A DNA stretch of 64,000 nucleotides, taken from the NCBI RefSeq assembly GCF_032062105.1, contig NW_026940042.1, positions 1 to 64,000 of the forward strand, written 5' to 3'. Under the pieces are notes generated by a model. That model did no database searches and was not told the DNA's origin. It saw nothing but the letters and a program-made list of their open reading frames with translations. The first letter of the stretch is position 1, and every line of letters starts with the position of its first letter. The position numbers were made by a program, and so were the translations under genes. Source of the stretch: Saccostrea cucullata. Lineage: Eukaryota. Shown one piece after another: positions 1 through 15,055 of this stretch.

Positions 1-3000
1 ATTTATTTGTTGATCATATTTATTCATCATATTTCATTTTTTAGTCATTAATTGACAAAATGGCACTTTAACTTCTTCTAAAAATTGTGTCATATTCAAT
101 TAACACAATAAATGATGTCAATTTTATTTCCGATCACTTCCCTTCAGGGTTGAGGCAGTCAAATTATCAATTTTCCCCATAGCTGTCATGCATGCATGAT
201 GGCTCACCCTAAAAGGAACATGACAACTCTTTGCTAAGAAAAAAGTTCAAATTGAAAGTTTAATGGCACAAAATTTCAATACAGGTGGTATTTAACTTTC
301 ATAATTTGCCCAAAAGTGATATTTACCATCTTGTAAGAAAATCAATCATGGGATGAAATGTTCCTGTAATTTGCCCCCAAAATGGTTGTTTAATTGGAAA
401 TGATGGTTAAACAACTACAAAAGTATGGACTGACATAAATACACAGATTTAATGGAATCTGCTTCAAGTTAAACTTCTCCTTGTTTTCTCCAAACCAATT
501 TTCCTCAACTCTATAATTTTAACAAATTAAAGTTTTTAACCACATTACTGAAATAATATAGCTCGTCTTTCTGGCATAATTACATTTCTACTGGTGGGTT
601 ACAATATCAGACTCCATATCACAATAGAAATGTCTGTAATATTAAGAGGGAAGCCGAGCAATAAATATTCTTTTACACTTTTAAAATAATGCAGCAGATA
701 CACATTTCATATGAACTGCTACTATCATTTTCGACAAAAAAAAAAAGAGAAGAAAAGTCATTCAGACATAATACCTTTCATAAAAGTTGAAGAAATTTGG
801 TTAGGGTGGGGTGAAAGAAGGGGGGGGGGGGCACGATGTGAACACTTAATGTCAAGTACACATGTACTCTATTGTATGATTCTCATATTAAACAGAAAAG
901 ACACTGTGGGCTACAAACACTGTCAATTTGAAAGAACAAAATGACTTCTTGGTTGCTGCATCTAAGTTGGACAACGGTTCCTTTCTAAAAAAAAAATTGA
1001 CAAAGCCATAATAGAATGTAACCAAGATTTAGTAAAGAGAAGAAATTTGAATTCATTTTCACTGCTTGTCCTAGGTTTAACATGATTTGTGTCTTCTGCA
1101 TTAATTAATACATATATTCTTGAGCTGTTTTCTACACAATGACAAAAAATTCTCAATGTATTGTAAACTTAGGACCTTAATTAGTGTAAATATGGAAAAA
1201 GGGAAAAAATGGAGTAGATCAGACATTTGTGCATTTTAAAGTTTGTAACATTAACAAATTTACATTAAAAAAAAAACACAATATTCTCACTTAATGAGAG
1301 CTTAGCATTATAAGTGAAGATAAACGGGGAAAATCATTGAGAATCCAAATAGTTCTGTCACACGGAATTCACTCATAATTCCCTCATATTACAGATGGAG
1401 TAAATGACTGTTTGCTTGCAATACAAATGATATACAAATAGCTCTAAACTGATAATGTACATTGCAGGTTGAAGCTAGGATGGGCTAAAAAAAAATGTTA
1501 GAACCACAATTGTTAAAAACAGCTATAACAGAGTACAAACCTAAAGATCCATTTTCTAGGGGAGAAGTCTTTAATTTTGTTTAATTTATCCCTATACTAC
1601 ATATTTTATGACACCTATTAAAGCAACAGACAATTTTCTGAAGTAGATTTTATCATTTTAAATGGCCCTTTGATGAGGTTTCACCATGCAGCTACAATGT
1701 ATGGAACAAAATGTATCATCCACATAAAGAAAAAAAGTCTCTACTTCTCTCACCCCATTACACTTAGCGGCACCCTGCCGATTCAATAAAATGCTGAATG
1801 TCAGAGGTAAAATGTGGCCTGACCTTTGGTAATAATTTGACACAATGATATATTCTTGTGTGTTAGACTAAGTATAAATCAGCCTCAAGAAATCTGAAGT
1901 TCATTCACAAGAAATGTCATTCTAACTGAACAAAGGACAAATTCTACTTCACTTAAATGTTTATTTTTAGCTTGTCTTCCTTGCACTGAGAAGGTATTTC
2001 ATTTAATCCCCCTCCTCCACCCCCCAACCACCAAAAGGAAAATATAATAATAATGTACTATTTTATTTTGCATATTTTCTCTAATTCCCATTGTACATTT
2101 TACAGCTTGCCATTTATCTCTATAAAATTCCATCATGGGTAACTCGGTTTGGAATGCTTATAGATTCTTCATTTGCATTCCCACAAAGAGTGGTGATTGA
2201 AAAGAAATCCCGGATCCCCCACCATCAATCAGCTGATACAATAGGGGCGTCCCTGTTATCTTGTTTTACTTGACAATTAATTTGTTGACATTATTTTCAG
2301 TTTCTCAGATTCTCCGTTTGCACACCTTCTCAGCAGGCTGTCAAAGCCATGCTCACCAAAAGGAAAATTGGATCTCACACACAATAGCAAGATTCCTCAT
2401 GGATCAACAAGCTTGCAATTTATTACTCTGTATCTTTTCTGCTATGATGTTTGTTTTCTTGCATGAAAGTGCATGTTACGTAACATAATTTTTTTTTGCT
2501 CACAGTAATAACTTCAGAAGAAAGGTACTCTTACAACGATAGGCCAGAAAGTGGGTCAGCATTGTTTTAGATAACCTTGAGATTTTTCGACACTTCAGAG
2601 AAATTTTTGTGTGAGAACTATACTTAGAGTTTTGATGCAATGATCGAGATAACTATATTAACATCACAGCAAGAAAATGATGCTGTGTGGAGGCATTTAC
2701 ACAGTTTGAATCATTCTTAGTAAATAAAATTAGCTCTTTTCTTGAGGTGTTGTTATTTAGTGATTTTAATCCTTGAAAATACTCAACACATACAAGAAAG
2801 AAACTTTAAGAAACTTGTGACCATTTTATGAGTCAAGTGGATAAGGATTAAATGATAAAGTGGCTTAACACAAAACCACTTGAACACAGTCTGCCCTTAA
2901 ATTAGCACAAGTACAGGAACATAAATGTCAAGTTTGTGGTCTAAGGGAAGCAACTCTTCAAAGATGAAGCATTGAATTAGCTTATGAGGTGACCACATCA

Positions 3001-6000
3001 TATAATTAATATAACACAGAAACATTGGCAAACTATTTTAAACATATGCTTATGTTGACAAACTTTGAGGTGAACATTAAGATTATTTTATATTGTTTCT
3101 AACACTGGACTTAAAATAGATCAATATTTTCCAGGCTAATCAATAGTTATGAAAAGGTTTTTTAACCATGCATCTTTGTGATATTTGTCTCAAGCTGTAT
3201 CATGACATTTTGCTACAAGAAAAAATACATCAAGAAATTTCAAATTAATACAACTAGTAATGCTCAATGTAATCCCGCTTTTTTCATTTGCTAAACAATT
3301 TTGTATCATTTTGTTATACTGGTATTTATTGAAACACATAAAAAAAAATTATTGTTATATTTTCACTTAAATGTACTTTAAAAATAATTATAAAACCATT
3401 TTTTATATACTGTGCAGAGTTTAAAAAATCTATTTGAACTTGATCCAATACATTAACAGCTACTCTGAGGATATGTACTAAAATATTCATTATTCTTGAG
3501 TGTAATTTGATATAAAAATATATAAAAGTAATGAAAAATATTTAGTTCTTTTAAACTGGACCTATCTAACATCAAAGTGAAAATCAAGTAGACACACTTA
3601 AAGCTAGTCATTGTGACAGAGCGAGAGAGAGAGAAGTTCGCGATCCCCACACTTTAAGGTTTATAAATACACATGAACCAACGTCACTAAAAGCCTTTTT
3701 GTCACAAAATCATTGAAAACCTCTGACCTCAGAAAAGTGTCTACAGCTCAAACCTAAGATTGAGATATCATCTAATTTGAAATCATTATGAAGTGTAGAA
3801 AGGTAAATTAAATGGTCATTACTCGAATCACATATGTAATGATCACAGGAAAATTAAATGTACACAAGATATTGCGAGTTCCTTGACTGAAATTTTCTTT
3901 AAAAATATTTTTTACATTAAATATTTATAAATATCAACATCTTCAAATGAAGACACATACCCGAAAGATGTGAATGCCCCCATCAAAGTTACATTTTGAA
4001 TTGTAATTAACATAAATAAAAGACAACTTTTTAAGTGTATACCTTCCTGATAGATTCATTCCATCTTAATTCTAACAGCTATATAAATAAAGCCTTTATT
4101 GAACTTTATCTATTTTCTTTATCAAGCTCTAGACTATAATCAATTTTTATCTATGAATAAAATTAATGAAAATATATTGAATAGTTAAATAAGAAGAGAA
4201 AGGTCAAGGTCACAGGAAAATCAGGTCAGAAAAATTGTACACATGCAGTGTATGCATGTACTTTTTTTTTTAAATTTGTATCTTCATATTAAGTTTGACA
4301 AAATATCTTGAATAGTTTACACTGTGGAAAATAGTGGGGTCAAGGTCAAAGTGAAGGACAATTCAGCTGAAAAAATATGACACAATCTTAAAAGTTCCCA
4401 CCTACATGTATATGTGTGAAAGTTTCAATAAAAATATTATGAACAAATTCTTGTGCTAAATACAAATTTAGTTATAGTAAGATCAAAATCATTTGGAAGG
4501 TCAAGGTCAGAACATAATGCCAAAGTTCAACAACTCTAACTAATATGTATCAGTGCTTGATTTTTTGTTATAAATATCTTGAATAGTTACTTCGACATTG
4601 GGCTTTAAACAAAATATGGAATAGTGACGTCATGGACAATAATGCTCAGCAAACTATATCAATGTATTCATATTATGGTGAAAAAATCTTTGTTTCTTTG
4701 AGGTAAATGCTATGTGTGATAGATTGAAAAACAGATGGAAGGATACTGAAGAATGAAGGGGCAGATGACATATATGACAAACACTGTTAGTACTGACTAT
4801 TTAATCATGGCAGGGAATAGATCGTAATATATATTCATACATGCATTATAATTGTTTAAAACTTTTGAGAACAATTATGAAAACAAACGCATTTGGCAGA
4901 GAAAGACAAGACAGGTTTTTTAGTATTTATGTCCTATCAGAAGATATCAAACAGCCTTTAACTGCTTAGTATCTATCAACAGTCTCTAGCTGAGCTGTTT
5001 ACAGAAACTAAAATGAACCACAGATCACAAAATACCACCAAAGAAATTGACCTGAAATGCACATTGTTAAAAAATGACTGAAGTTTGATATGTGTGGTCC
5101 ACCTTCTTACTAAATTCACAGTTTCGCAGTAATTAAATCAAATTTCCAAACCAGACAACCCTATTATTATCTATAATTGTATTTCAAAAATAAGTTTGAA
5201 TTCTTGAAAGCATTGTTCAGTGCAAGAGTCAGCCACTTGTAAACTGTGATGCCTAATTTAGTTAGTGTATTTAAATACTTCAGTTTTCCTTTATCATGAC
5301 AACAGAATTGAAATAAAAGTGTATTTTTAATGAATAAGCGAATAAGTGTTAAAAGGCTATGACAACATATGTCAACCGAACTAGGCAAGGCGAAATTGTT
5401 CACTTCTCAATCAAGGACAAAAGAAAAATTATTCTACTCAGAAGTCGAATTCCGACAATTGCAAGGGGTGGAAATAAAATAATTGATGAAATTTGCCTTT
5501 CATTATGTAGCTCTATGGCAGAGATTGTACTACACTGCGTAATGTCTTGATGTGATTATATCTGTGGGGTGATGATACCCCAAGTTGAACAAAAAACGTG
5601 GCAGTGCCTTTGTCACGTCGTCCTGGGTCGGCGGAAGAGTCACTTCTATTGAGTAGTTTTTCTATGCATTTCTCCCCATGTAATCTATCAAAATTCAATA
5701 GCTACACAAAAAAATATTAAATGAATGTAAAATGATGAAATCTAAGACACCCAGCTTATTGTGTACCCTTAAAGATTTTTATCGCTCTGTGTGTTCGAGG
5801 TATGGAATTCCAGTATCATTAAGATGGAAATATATTTTCTTTCCATTAGACATTAAATGTTGTTGTATGAATACTGATAAAGTGTCAGTCGGTTTGCAGT
5901 ATCATAATTAATCATGCATCTTCATCTAAAATTTTACTTCCCACACATCTAATTAATAAGAAACCACAGTGGTATATCATGTCAGATCTATATATGCTGG

Positions 6001-6261
6001 TGTGAATTTTAAACACGAACAATTTGAATTTTTCATTACTGAATCTCCCTCACACCGAGTGCATAAAGACAAGACATACGATTATTATAAGAAGTGTTTA
6101 ATGATTTATATAGGAAAGGAGAAACTAATTTCTTATGTTGTAAATTGTGGTAAATACACACCTATAGTCAGAGAGTACAGCATGAATTTGGCCTAGTATT
6201 CTTCTCTATGATGATATTGTAATGATTTCTGGTGGAAAACATCAGGACTTGGGAAGACATA

Positions 6262-9200
6262 TCAAAATGGCATTATGAACTTTGGGGTTTGATTATACCT
6301 GTAATAAAGAGTATGTTTATGTTAGTCAACAGGCAAACAGATGTACATGTATATATGAATAAATAATAATTCAAATACTACTGCTTTTTTATGCTCAAAA
6401 TGTTTGGGAGAATTGCGAGGAAAATTAATTATTTTATTTTATTTGTATCATCTGCTCATGCAATCTTCTTGCATCAACAATTATAGTATTTTGATATACA
6501 CCTTTACTGAGGTTAAAATTTCACACATAGGTCATTCAGAATAAGACATCTCCATACCCTTGACATTGGTTTTTACTATCAAATGAAGAATTTACCAAAA
6601 TCTCTATTGTATATTACCTTTTCAGATTTTAATCTAACTTTTATACAGCTTCCTACACAGGTAAATCAGGATAAAATTCTTTGTATTGGCATTAAAATTG
6701 GCCTTGAACTTTGACACTGAAAATGACAATAATATGGGCAACCTATTCTGATCATTACATTGCATGTATGTAGGCACATGTACATGTAAATTATGATGGG
6801 TTCAGTATTCACTTTTAAGTTTGTTTTACATTTTAAAAATATTTATTCATTACGTGAACTGCCTGACAATTATCTTCTTCCAATAGTAATTTGTAAATAA
6901 AGCACATCTGATCTTGTTGACCTTCCATGACCATCATCTTTGAATTAAGGACACAATATGTTAAATAGCACAGTGATTGTCATTGACCTAGAATTTGTAA
7001 TTGGTTCGGTTTGCAGATGCATGGATTGTGGCTCATTTCTTTGCTTAAAGTGCATATCATTAAGAACCATTTAGGATTGTCCATGATTTCATTACATAAT
7101 AATGATAATATGTTCTTTGTAATCCAGCCTCCTTGTCTTTTTAAAATTTCTTGTTTTGCTCCTTAATTCAACAAATCTGATTTGAAATTCATTTGCTCTA
7201 GAGAATGTACAGATGCATAATGTTCATTCAAAAATATAAAATTTAATTTATTAAAGCAACGGAGGAGCAAAAAACTTATAATTCAAACACATTATGGTGG
7301 AGTGATCAGAAATCAATGTTATCATGTAGAAATTAACCCCTAGAGGACATTAATCATCATATGAACCACAAAATAACACATACTGAATATCAAGGAAATT
7401 ATTTCAAATAAACTTTGACATCTTTTAATTAATCCAATATTTTTAATCATTTATCTTTTGGCAAACATTTTTAATACATAAAAAATGTCAATTTCATGAA
7501 TTAGAAGAGACCTTTAACTAATCACATGAACCAAAAGTTATTTAAAATGGGGAAGAAAAAAATCAACCAGTCATTGGTCAAACACATAAGTGGTCATTAA
7601 AATCCAAAAGTGGGTTAACAGCATTTTTCACATTTTATACTTTCAAGGGTTTGTTTTAAAAAATACTCTTTGATCAGATTTGCTTGTGATTATGACGATG
7701 CTGGATAAATGACCAAAATGATGATTTTTTGTGTTAATCATTGCCTACAAAGATGTTTTGGTTGTATTGTAAAAAACAAGTGCTTTATTACTGATGTAAA
7801 TTGTTTGTCAGCAAGTGTTTTGTTTATCTCTGGAACTTGACTTTGTCCCAATCATTTTTTATTTATATTTTTTTCCATCAGTACCGCAATAGCTAACATA
7901 CTATGTAGGTAACCTTTGAGGAAGTAAACAATATGAACCTTTGTACCCAAGTGACAATATATTTTTTACATTCTAACAATATTCTCAATGTGTTTTCAAC
8001 AAATATAATTTTTTAAAAATGAAACATATTCAAAAATTTTTTTTCACAAAATATGAGGGGGAAAAAATCGAGCAAATTTAGTATACCAGAAAGAGCAAAA
8101 TTTTAGTGAAGATGAAAACTCTACACATGAAACAGTGATTTATCAAATTTCAGAATCATATCACTTAGTAAGAAGCTATTATTCTTTAACTGTATAGTTT
8201 AGCTGATTGCTGCAGAGGGTCGTACATGGGACCGGTGATTTTACTTCGTTATAAGAGCTAATATTTTGCTATATTTGTCAAATTTACAATACATAATAAA
8301 GTCAAGGGGAATGAAAATCATTTCGCTGTAAGTGTCAATTAATTATAAGTCTGTTCACTATAACCATGTTTTACTGTACAATGTAGCTGTTCCATGAAGA
8401 GGGTCATACCTCCTTCATTCTACAGTCTAATTGCTTTAAAGGACCATACCCCCTTAACTCTTCAGTCAGATTGATTATGAGGTGGGCTAATCCTTAACTC
8501 CATAATCTGATTGCTGTAAAAAAAAAACATACTTCTTAAACTCTGTAATCTAACTTATTGCTACAAAGGGCCATTATCACAATTTTAATAGTCTGCTAGC
8601 TATAGAAGACATGATTCCTTCTTAACAGTCAGATTGATGGCTGAGTAAGTCAATTAATCCTTAATTCATAACTCAATAGTCTACGTGATTGCTGCTGAGG
8701 ACCATTCCTCCTTAACTATATAGTTTAAACTGATTGCTGCAGAGGATCATTTTTGATCCTTAACTGAACAGTCTAAACTGATTGCTGCTGAGGACCATTC
8801 CTCTTTAACTATATAGGTTACACTGATTGCTACAGAGGACAATTCCTCCTTAACTATATAGTTTACACTAATTGCTACAGAGGACCATTCCTCCTTAACT
8901 ATATAGTTTAAACTGATTGCTGCTGAGGACCATTCCTCCTTAACTATATAGTTTACACTGATTGCTACAGAGGACCATTCCTCCTTAACTATATAGTTTA
9001 CACTGATTGTTGCCAAGGACCATTCCTCCTTAACTATATACTTTAAACTGATTGCTGCCAAGGACCATTCCTACTTAACTATATACTTTAAACTGATTGC
9101 TACAGAGGACCATTCCTCCTTAACTATATAGTTTAAATTGATTGCTGCAGAGGACCAATTCCTCCTTAACTCAATAGTCTAACTGATTGCTGCTGAGGAC

Positions 9201-12112
9201 CATTCCTCCTTAACTATATAGTTTATACTGATTGCTACAGAGGACCATTCCTCCTTAACTATATAGTTTACACTGATTGTTGCCAAGGACCATTCCTCCT
9301 TAACTATATACTTTAAAATGTTACAGAGGACCATTCCTCCTTAACTATATAGTTTAAATACCATTCCATTAATTCAACAGTCTAAGTATAATCTAACTAT
9401 ATGATTGCAGCAAAGGGTCAGAGGATACATTGTGTATCACATCCTTATATAGTTTAAACTGATTGCTGCAGAGGACTATATAGTTTAAACTGATTTGCAC
9501 CTTAACTCTATATACAGTCAATCTGATAAGGACAGATTGCCTTTAACTATATTATAGTTAACAGATGAACACTAGTCCTTAATACCTTTTAGTCAGTATG
9601 AACTGCAAAGTATCACATTTTAACTGATTGAGTAGAAGGCAAAATATGTCTTTACTCTATAGTCTAATTGATGCAGAAGGGCATTTCAATGTCTTGAATA
9701 AGCCATTTGTTTCTTATTACTATATTGAAAAGAGAAGTGGATGATTTATCTGAATCCACAATGTCAAATATTTTAAACAAACTGTGAAGAATTGCTCAAA
9801 CTGTTCCTGGGATCCCTCAAAACCAAAATACCTGTTGTTTTCTGACAGGGACTGACCACCAGCTAAGAGAACCAGTGTACAGTCACCTCTCTCTCTCACC
9901 AGCCCAGATGATTCATATTCAACCTGAACACATCTTTTCTTGCACTCATATAAATCATTCCTAAAGTACAATACAGACAGTTTAGAAAATGTTAAAAATA
10001 CAAGAAAATTGAAAATATGATAAAATATCCATTGCAACATCATTGAGGGCTTCATATAAAATGCCTTCATACCAACAAATTATTTTAACATTCAGAACAT
10101 GAATTTTATTGTTCCACAAAAATTCAGAGAACTTGCATTAATGATTCACAAATATGTTTTTGCTTTCACACCTAATCTTGGGTCATAACCTTTCTCAATA
10201 TATTAAGAATGACAACCTTAAAATCCAGCATAGCAATATTTTTATGCAAATTAATCTATCAACTTTTAATCTATAATTTAAAAGAATGAACAGGACATAT
10301 AAAGGAAGGTCTTCCATCTCATTAGAAATGGACTTAAAAATGGAAATCTTAAATATGATGCATGTGTTTATAGTAACCCTGTAAAGAGATCTGAAAGATC
10401 TACTTCTCTTTATGAGCATTTGCAGCAATTAAAAGATACGATTTTGGAACTGGGTTATAATATCTACATATTTATCACCTTACCAATTTAAAACCTCTTT
10501 TATGTTACAAAACCAAAGCACTGTCTGTCCAGCACTGCTTGGTACCATTTATAAATTCAAATTCCAGACAGGCTTGGTTTTTTTTCTTTGCTAAAAAAAT
10601 CTTTTACATTACTATTAAATATTTAATAGTAAAAAATGATTTTGCAAGTTTCATTTGGAATTTTTAAAGTAAAATATTTCTCCATTTAGCAGCTTTAATC
10701 CATACAGATTTCCATCATTTCATTCTTGAAGAAAAAAAATTGTCTTAGAAACAGAGGTCAAATCTCCATACTAACTCCTTATAAGATCCATCCAAGAGAA
10801 ACAAATTTCTTTTTTATGCAAAATTATCCATACACTTTGACTATATAACCATCTTCATCAAATCCTTTAAGGTAAGAAAAGAACACCCCAATAGCAAACA
10901 AATAGCCAAACTGTTAAACTTTTCTAATCTAAATACTGTATACAGGGTTATTTTCGCCCCGTCTTTCACACTTGCAAACAATTTCCCCCCGTTTTAAATT
11001 CGCCCAGTCATAGTTTTGTTTAAGAAATTATACTGTATTCTTTGAATTCGTCCCGTTTTAAATTCGCCCAAATGTTAATAGGGCGAAAGGGGCGAAAATA
11101 AAACGGGGCGAAAATTTCCCTGTATACAGTAACTGTTTCCATAGAAAGTGACTGGATAAGAACGGTTTTATTAATTGAATTTACTGAAATTAGAATTAAA
11201 GTAAATATCATATTAGACAAGATTTTAGAATACGAAACCTCTGGACTAGACAGGTTTCACTGTTTTTCATTCATAAAAACAAAAGCTATAAGCCTGTAAC
11301 TTAATTCCCCAGTGACTCCAAAAGCAGGCTGATATTGGTCAATTAGAAACATTCAATGCACGGAAAATAATCAAGAAAATATCTATTTTTGCTGAGATTT
11401 TTTATGGCAACTAGTATTTCTATAAATAGGGTAAATTTATGATTTATTTTCCAAAGGATATACCCACATGATTTGAATTTCACTAATGCCTCAATATTTC
11501 CATTTCTAATTTTTTTCTCTCTGTGATAATTCTTTGAAAGTTAGCAGAGTTGATTTCTTGATAATTTTACCCGAATGTAAGTTAGGCAGGTCGATAGGTC
11601 AGGAGCTAAGGAGGCCCAATATGCAAGCAAATCTTGTGTGCATCTGTCTCAACATGTGTCTGACGCTAAGGAGGCCAAATATGCATGTAAATCTTGTGCG
11701 GCTGCCTTTGCGTTTGACGTCAGTGGTCGGGGACTATTATCACAATGAAATGGAAATATAGAGAATCACTCTCTAGTTAGTATAGTATGCCAGGGACATC
11801 AACGATAGTCGGAAACATGGGATAATCTGCATAACACGCAAAGCCTGTTATGCATAAATTATCCCATGTTTCCCACTATCGTTGATGTCCCTGGCATACT
11901 AAACTAACTGAACAGTGATTCCTTAAATATTTTTACCAACAGTTAGGCAAATATTTATTGTTTGGTCTGCCAACAATTTTACACACAAGACTGGCACAAA
12001 AATTAGTTGACATGGAGCAGTCATGTTTCTGTAATAATTTTTTTTTGGTTTGATATATTCATTCAGCATTTTGTAGAAGTAGGGTTTCCCCCAGAGGATG
12101 CCCTATATAAAG

Positions 12113-12148
<36 letters not shown>

Positions 12149-15055
12149 TAACTTGGGTGATGTGGTTCTTTACACGATTTCCCCTCTTGCTATACCTATC
12201 GTGCCCCCTACCCCCTCCCCTTTCATGATTTTAATAATTTGGAATCTACACTACCCCAGGATGCTTCCACATAAGTTTCAGCTTTCCTGGCCCAGTGGTT
12301 CTTGAGAAGAAGATTTTTAAAGATTTGTTCTAAACATTTCTATGTAAAACTTGGATTTCCTATTGTGGCCCCTCCCTACCCCCCGGGGGTCATGATTTTT
12401 ACAATTTAATATCTACACAACCCAAGGATGCTTCCACATAAGTTTCAGCTTTCCTGGCCCAGTGGTTCTTGAGAAGAAGATTTTTAAAAGATTTTTAAAA
12501 GATTCCCTGTGTGGCCCCGCCCTACCCCCGGGGGTCTATCTATATATTTCTATGCTTAAAACTTTCCTGGCCCAGTGGTTCTATATATTTCTATGTAAAA
12601 CTTATTGTGGCCCCGCCCTACCCCCGGGGGTCATGATTAACAATTTAATATCTACACTACCCAAGGATGCTTCCACATAAGTTTCAGCTTCCCTGGCTCA
12701 GTGGTTCTTGAGAAGAAGATTTTTTAATGACCCCACATTTTTGTCTTTTCTTGATTATCTCCCCTTGTAAGGGGGGTTGGCCCTTCATTTTAACAATTTA
12801 AACTCCCCTTCACCCAAGGATGCTTTGTACCAAGTTTGGTTAAAATTGGCCCAATGGTTCTTGAGAAGAAGTCAAAAATGAAAAATTTACAGACGAACAG
12901 ACGGACGGACGACAGACAAAATGTGATCAGAAAAGCTCACTTGAGCCTTCAGCTCAGGTGAGCTAAAAAGAAGAGAAAATTAGTATAAGAAACATTACTG
13001 TGAATTCCATCAGGAGGTTGGAGAGAAACAGCCCACTACCTCCATTTACAAAGATGGAAATGACAAATCTGGAGCCATTCCTGCAAAGGCCATCATAAGA
13101 ATTCAAGAACAAAATATTGCTGATATGCCATTGGTCTGGTGAGAAGAGGGTGGTTCTCAGAAAATGGACAGTAAACTGTCAGTGCAATCTGTCAACTGTC
13201 AGTGTACTCTGTCAACTGCTAGCTGACAGTAGGTTGATAAATTGAAATCACCCAACAGATCAGTTGGTTGATGACCGATTTTTAGTGTTCCATTGGTGTC
13301 ACTGACAGCTGATTTCTTTGGAGCCCAAAATCTTTATACAGTTGATATTTGGTAGTCAGTCATTTGGTTGTAACAATGAATTTCACAACTGGAGAAAATA
13401 TTCATGTATAATTAAAAAAAAATTCCTTCATTAATATGGTACACAATATCTCAGAAAATGCTCTTTAAAGCAGTAGATCTATAGGTATATTGCTTCAACT
13501 GGATTTACACTGAATACACCTTTAGTGCTGCTGCTATAGAAGTACTCAGTCATTTCAGACCATATAATATGACAAGGCAAATGGGTTCACAACATTAAAA
13601 AAAAACACGCAAAAATTTCAGAACACTCAAATAAACAGAAGGATTACGTAACGTCACATTACCATTTTGTCAACAGTCAATATTGTGGGAGGTAAGAGCC
13701 TGATAAAATTTAATAAATTCTACAAAAACTCGAGATTTTTTATGTTGCTATGTAACAAACAAATGCAAATCAAGCTTAAGATCTTGAAGTCTATTTTCTT
13801 AAAAACAGTCTTAATACTTTTTACTTCACAGAGTGCAATGCACACAGCACAACCATTAACCTTGAAACAAAACAAAGGTCCATAAAATGAAAATGCCTCC
13901 ATAAAAGTGTTTATGATAGTACACTCTGTACATAAATTGTCCCCAAGACATTTAGTTCATAATGAATGCACAAATCTGGGCTGTGAAACAAGCTCAGGAA
14001 AATGTTGACCCCTGTTCAGTTTTAAATAATTTATGTTCATTTAAGTAGTACCTTGAAAGTCAACACCTAATCAAATATACAAAATATGTAAATGTCCAGC
14101 CTAAAATAGACCAGTTTTGCCATGCGGAAATGAAAATCTTTCATCCGTCCTCTTATTATGGCTTTTGTGAGGTCAGCTTTGTTGAAAAAGTCTAATCAAA
14201 TATTATAATGAACATGAATTTATAATGTTTCATTTAATTGCTTTTGAGAGAAGTGTTGAATGTACTTCACATTTTTGAAATTGAAAATTCTAATTACCAA
14301 CTGCTTTTTGAAGTACCTTGCAAATGGTTGTTATTAAGATATAGGAAATGCTTATAATTGTGTCTTAATTATTCAGAACACAGTCAAGTACAACAAAGGA
14401 GTCAGCCACTTAGAGACTGCTGATAATCTACGCATCTACATTCATTCAGCATGTCTACCATATGTAGTTTTTATAAAGGAATGCATAACAGTGGGCGTTT
14501 CTGTTAAATTTTTTGCAAAATTTATGACATTTAAGTTTTATTTTGTAGTTTATCTTTTTTAACATATAATGATTAATCTTAATATTGTGAACTATAAACA
14601 AAAAAAAAATTACTAAAACCTAAATTCCATTTCATTACCAAAAAAAAATCATTTAAATATATAGTACTTAATTAACAAATCATAGGTCCTTAATAAATTA
14701 TTTTGCATTATTTTAAATCAAAGCATGCAGATTTTATGAAACAAATTGAGTCTTGATGTGAAATGTGGTGATCTAATTTGATCTTGCTAATTAATGGCAA
14801 ATTATTTTTAACTTGATCTTGCAGACTAATCATACTGGGACTGTATGGTACAAGAAATATGCACTTCACTGAGATATTCTTAAACTGTCAGTGTGTGAAA
14901 TGGTAGTGGTATTGTGTTACACATCAACATAATGACTTTCCTCACAATATTCCTAATATTTATATAAATGCCACTGCACTAAACATACTTAAGACCTTGA
15001 ACAAGAGCACTTGGCCGTGTAAAGCGCCAGACTCTTCATTGCTGGACTTATTCAT
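6262..15055 (-). CDS. Putative spliced 87-aa protein of unknown function (exons 15055-14989, 10864-10834, 9960-9832, 6298-6262)
   Basis: Four segments with GT-AG boundaries and compatible phases (1,2,2) join into MNKSSNEESGALHGQVLLFKVLRFDEDGYIVKVNDLYECKKRCVQVEYESSGLVRERGDCTLVLLAGGQSLSENNRYNQTPKFIMPF. An alternative donor exists at 9783. These could be UTR exons instead. Confidence 0.35.
8687..9360. repeat. 42-bp minisatellite, about 16 copies, with degenerate flanks (~8380-9680)
   Basis: Unit gattgctgctgaggaccattcctccttaactatatagtttaaact; explains the 14-aa periodic ORF 8747-9061. Confidence 0.95.
10936..11129. mobile_element. Tc1/mariner-type MITE
   Basis: TIRs ctgtatacagggttattttcgccccgt / acggggcgaaaatttccctgtatacag with TA on both sides. 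Confidence 0.85.
11763..11926. repeat. Long hairpin end of a non-autonomous DNA element (Crypton-like by inference)
   Basis: ~75-bp near-perfect arms around loop cgcaaagcc, ending ccttaa. Confidence 0.7.
12113..12968 (+). mobile_element. Non-autonomous Helentron/Helitron (Cg170-like core repeats)
   Basis: aacaagaggcccatgggccacatcgctcacctgag start, ~167-bp internal repeats, gacg microsatellite, terminal palindrome gctcacttgagc...gctcaggtgagctaaaaa. Confidence 0.85.

Noticed and set aside
8747-9061. 104-aa repetitive ORF and CRISPR-like look of the array
   Set aside because: Product of a 42-bp tandem repeat with no unique spacers and no cas genes in eukaryotic context.
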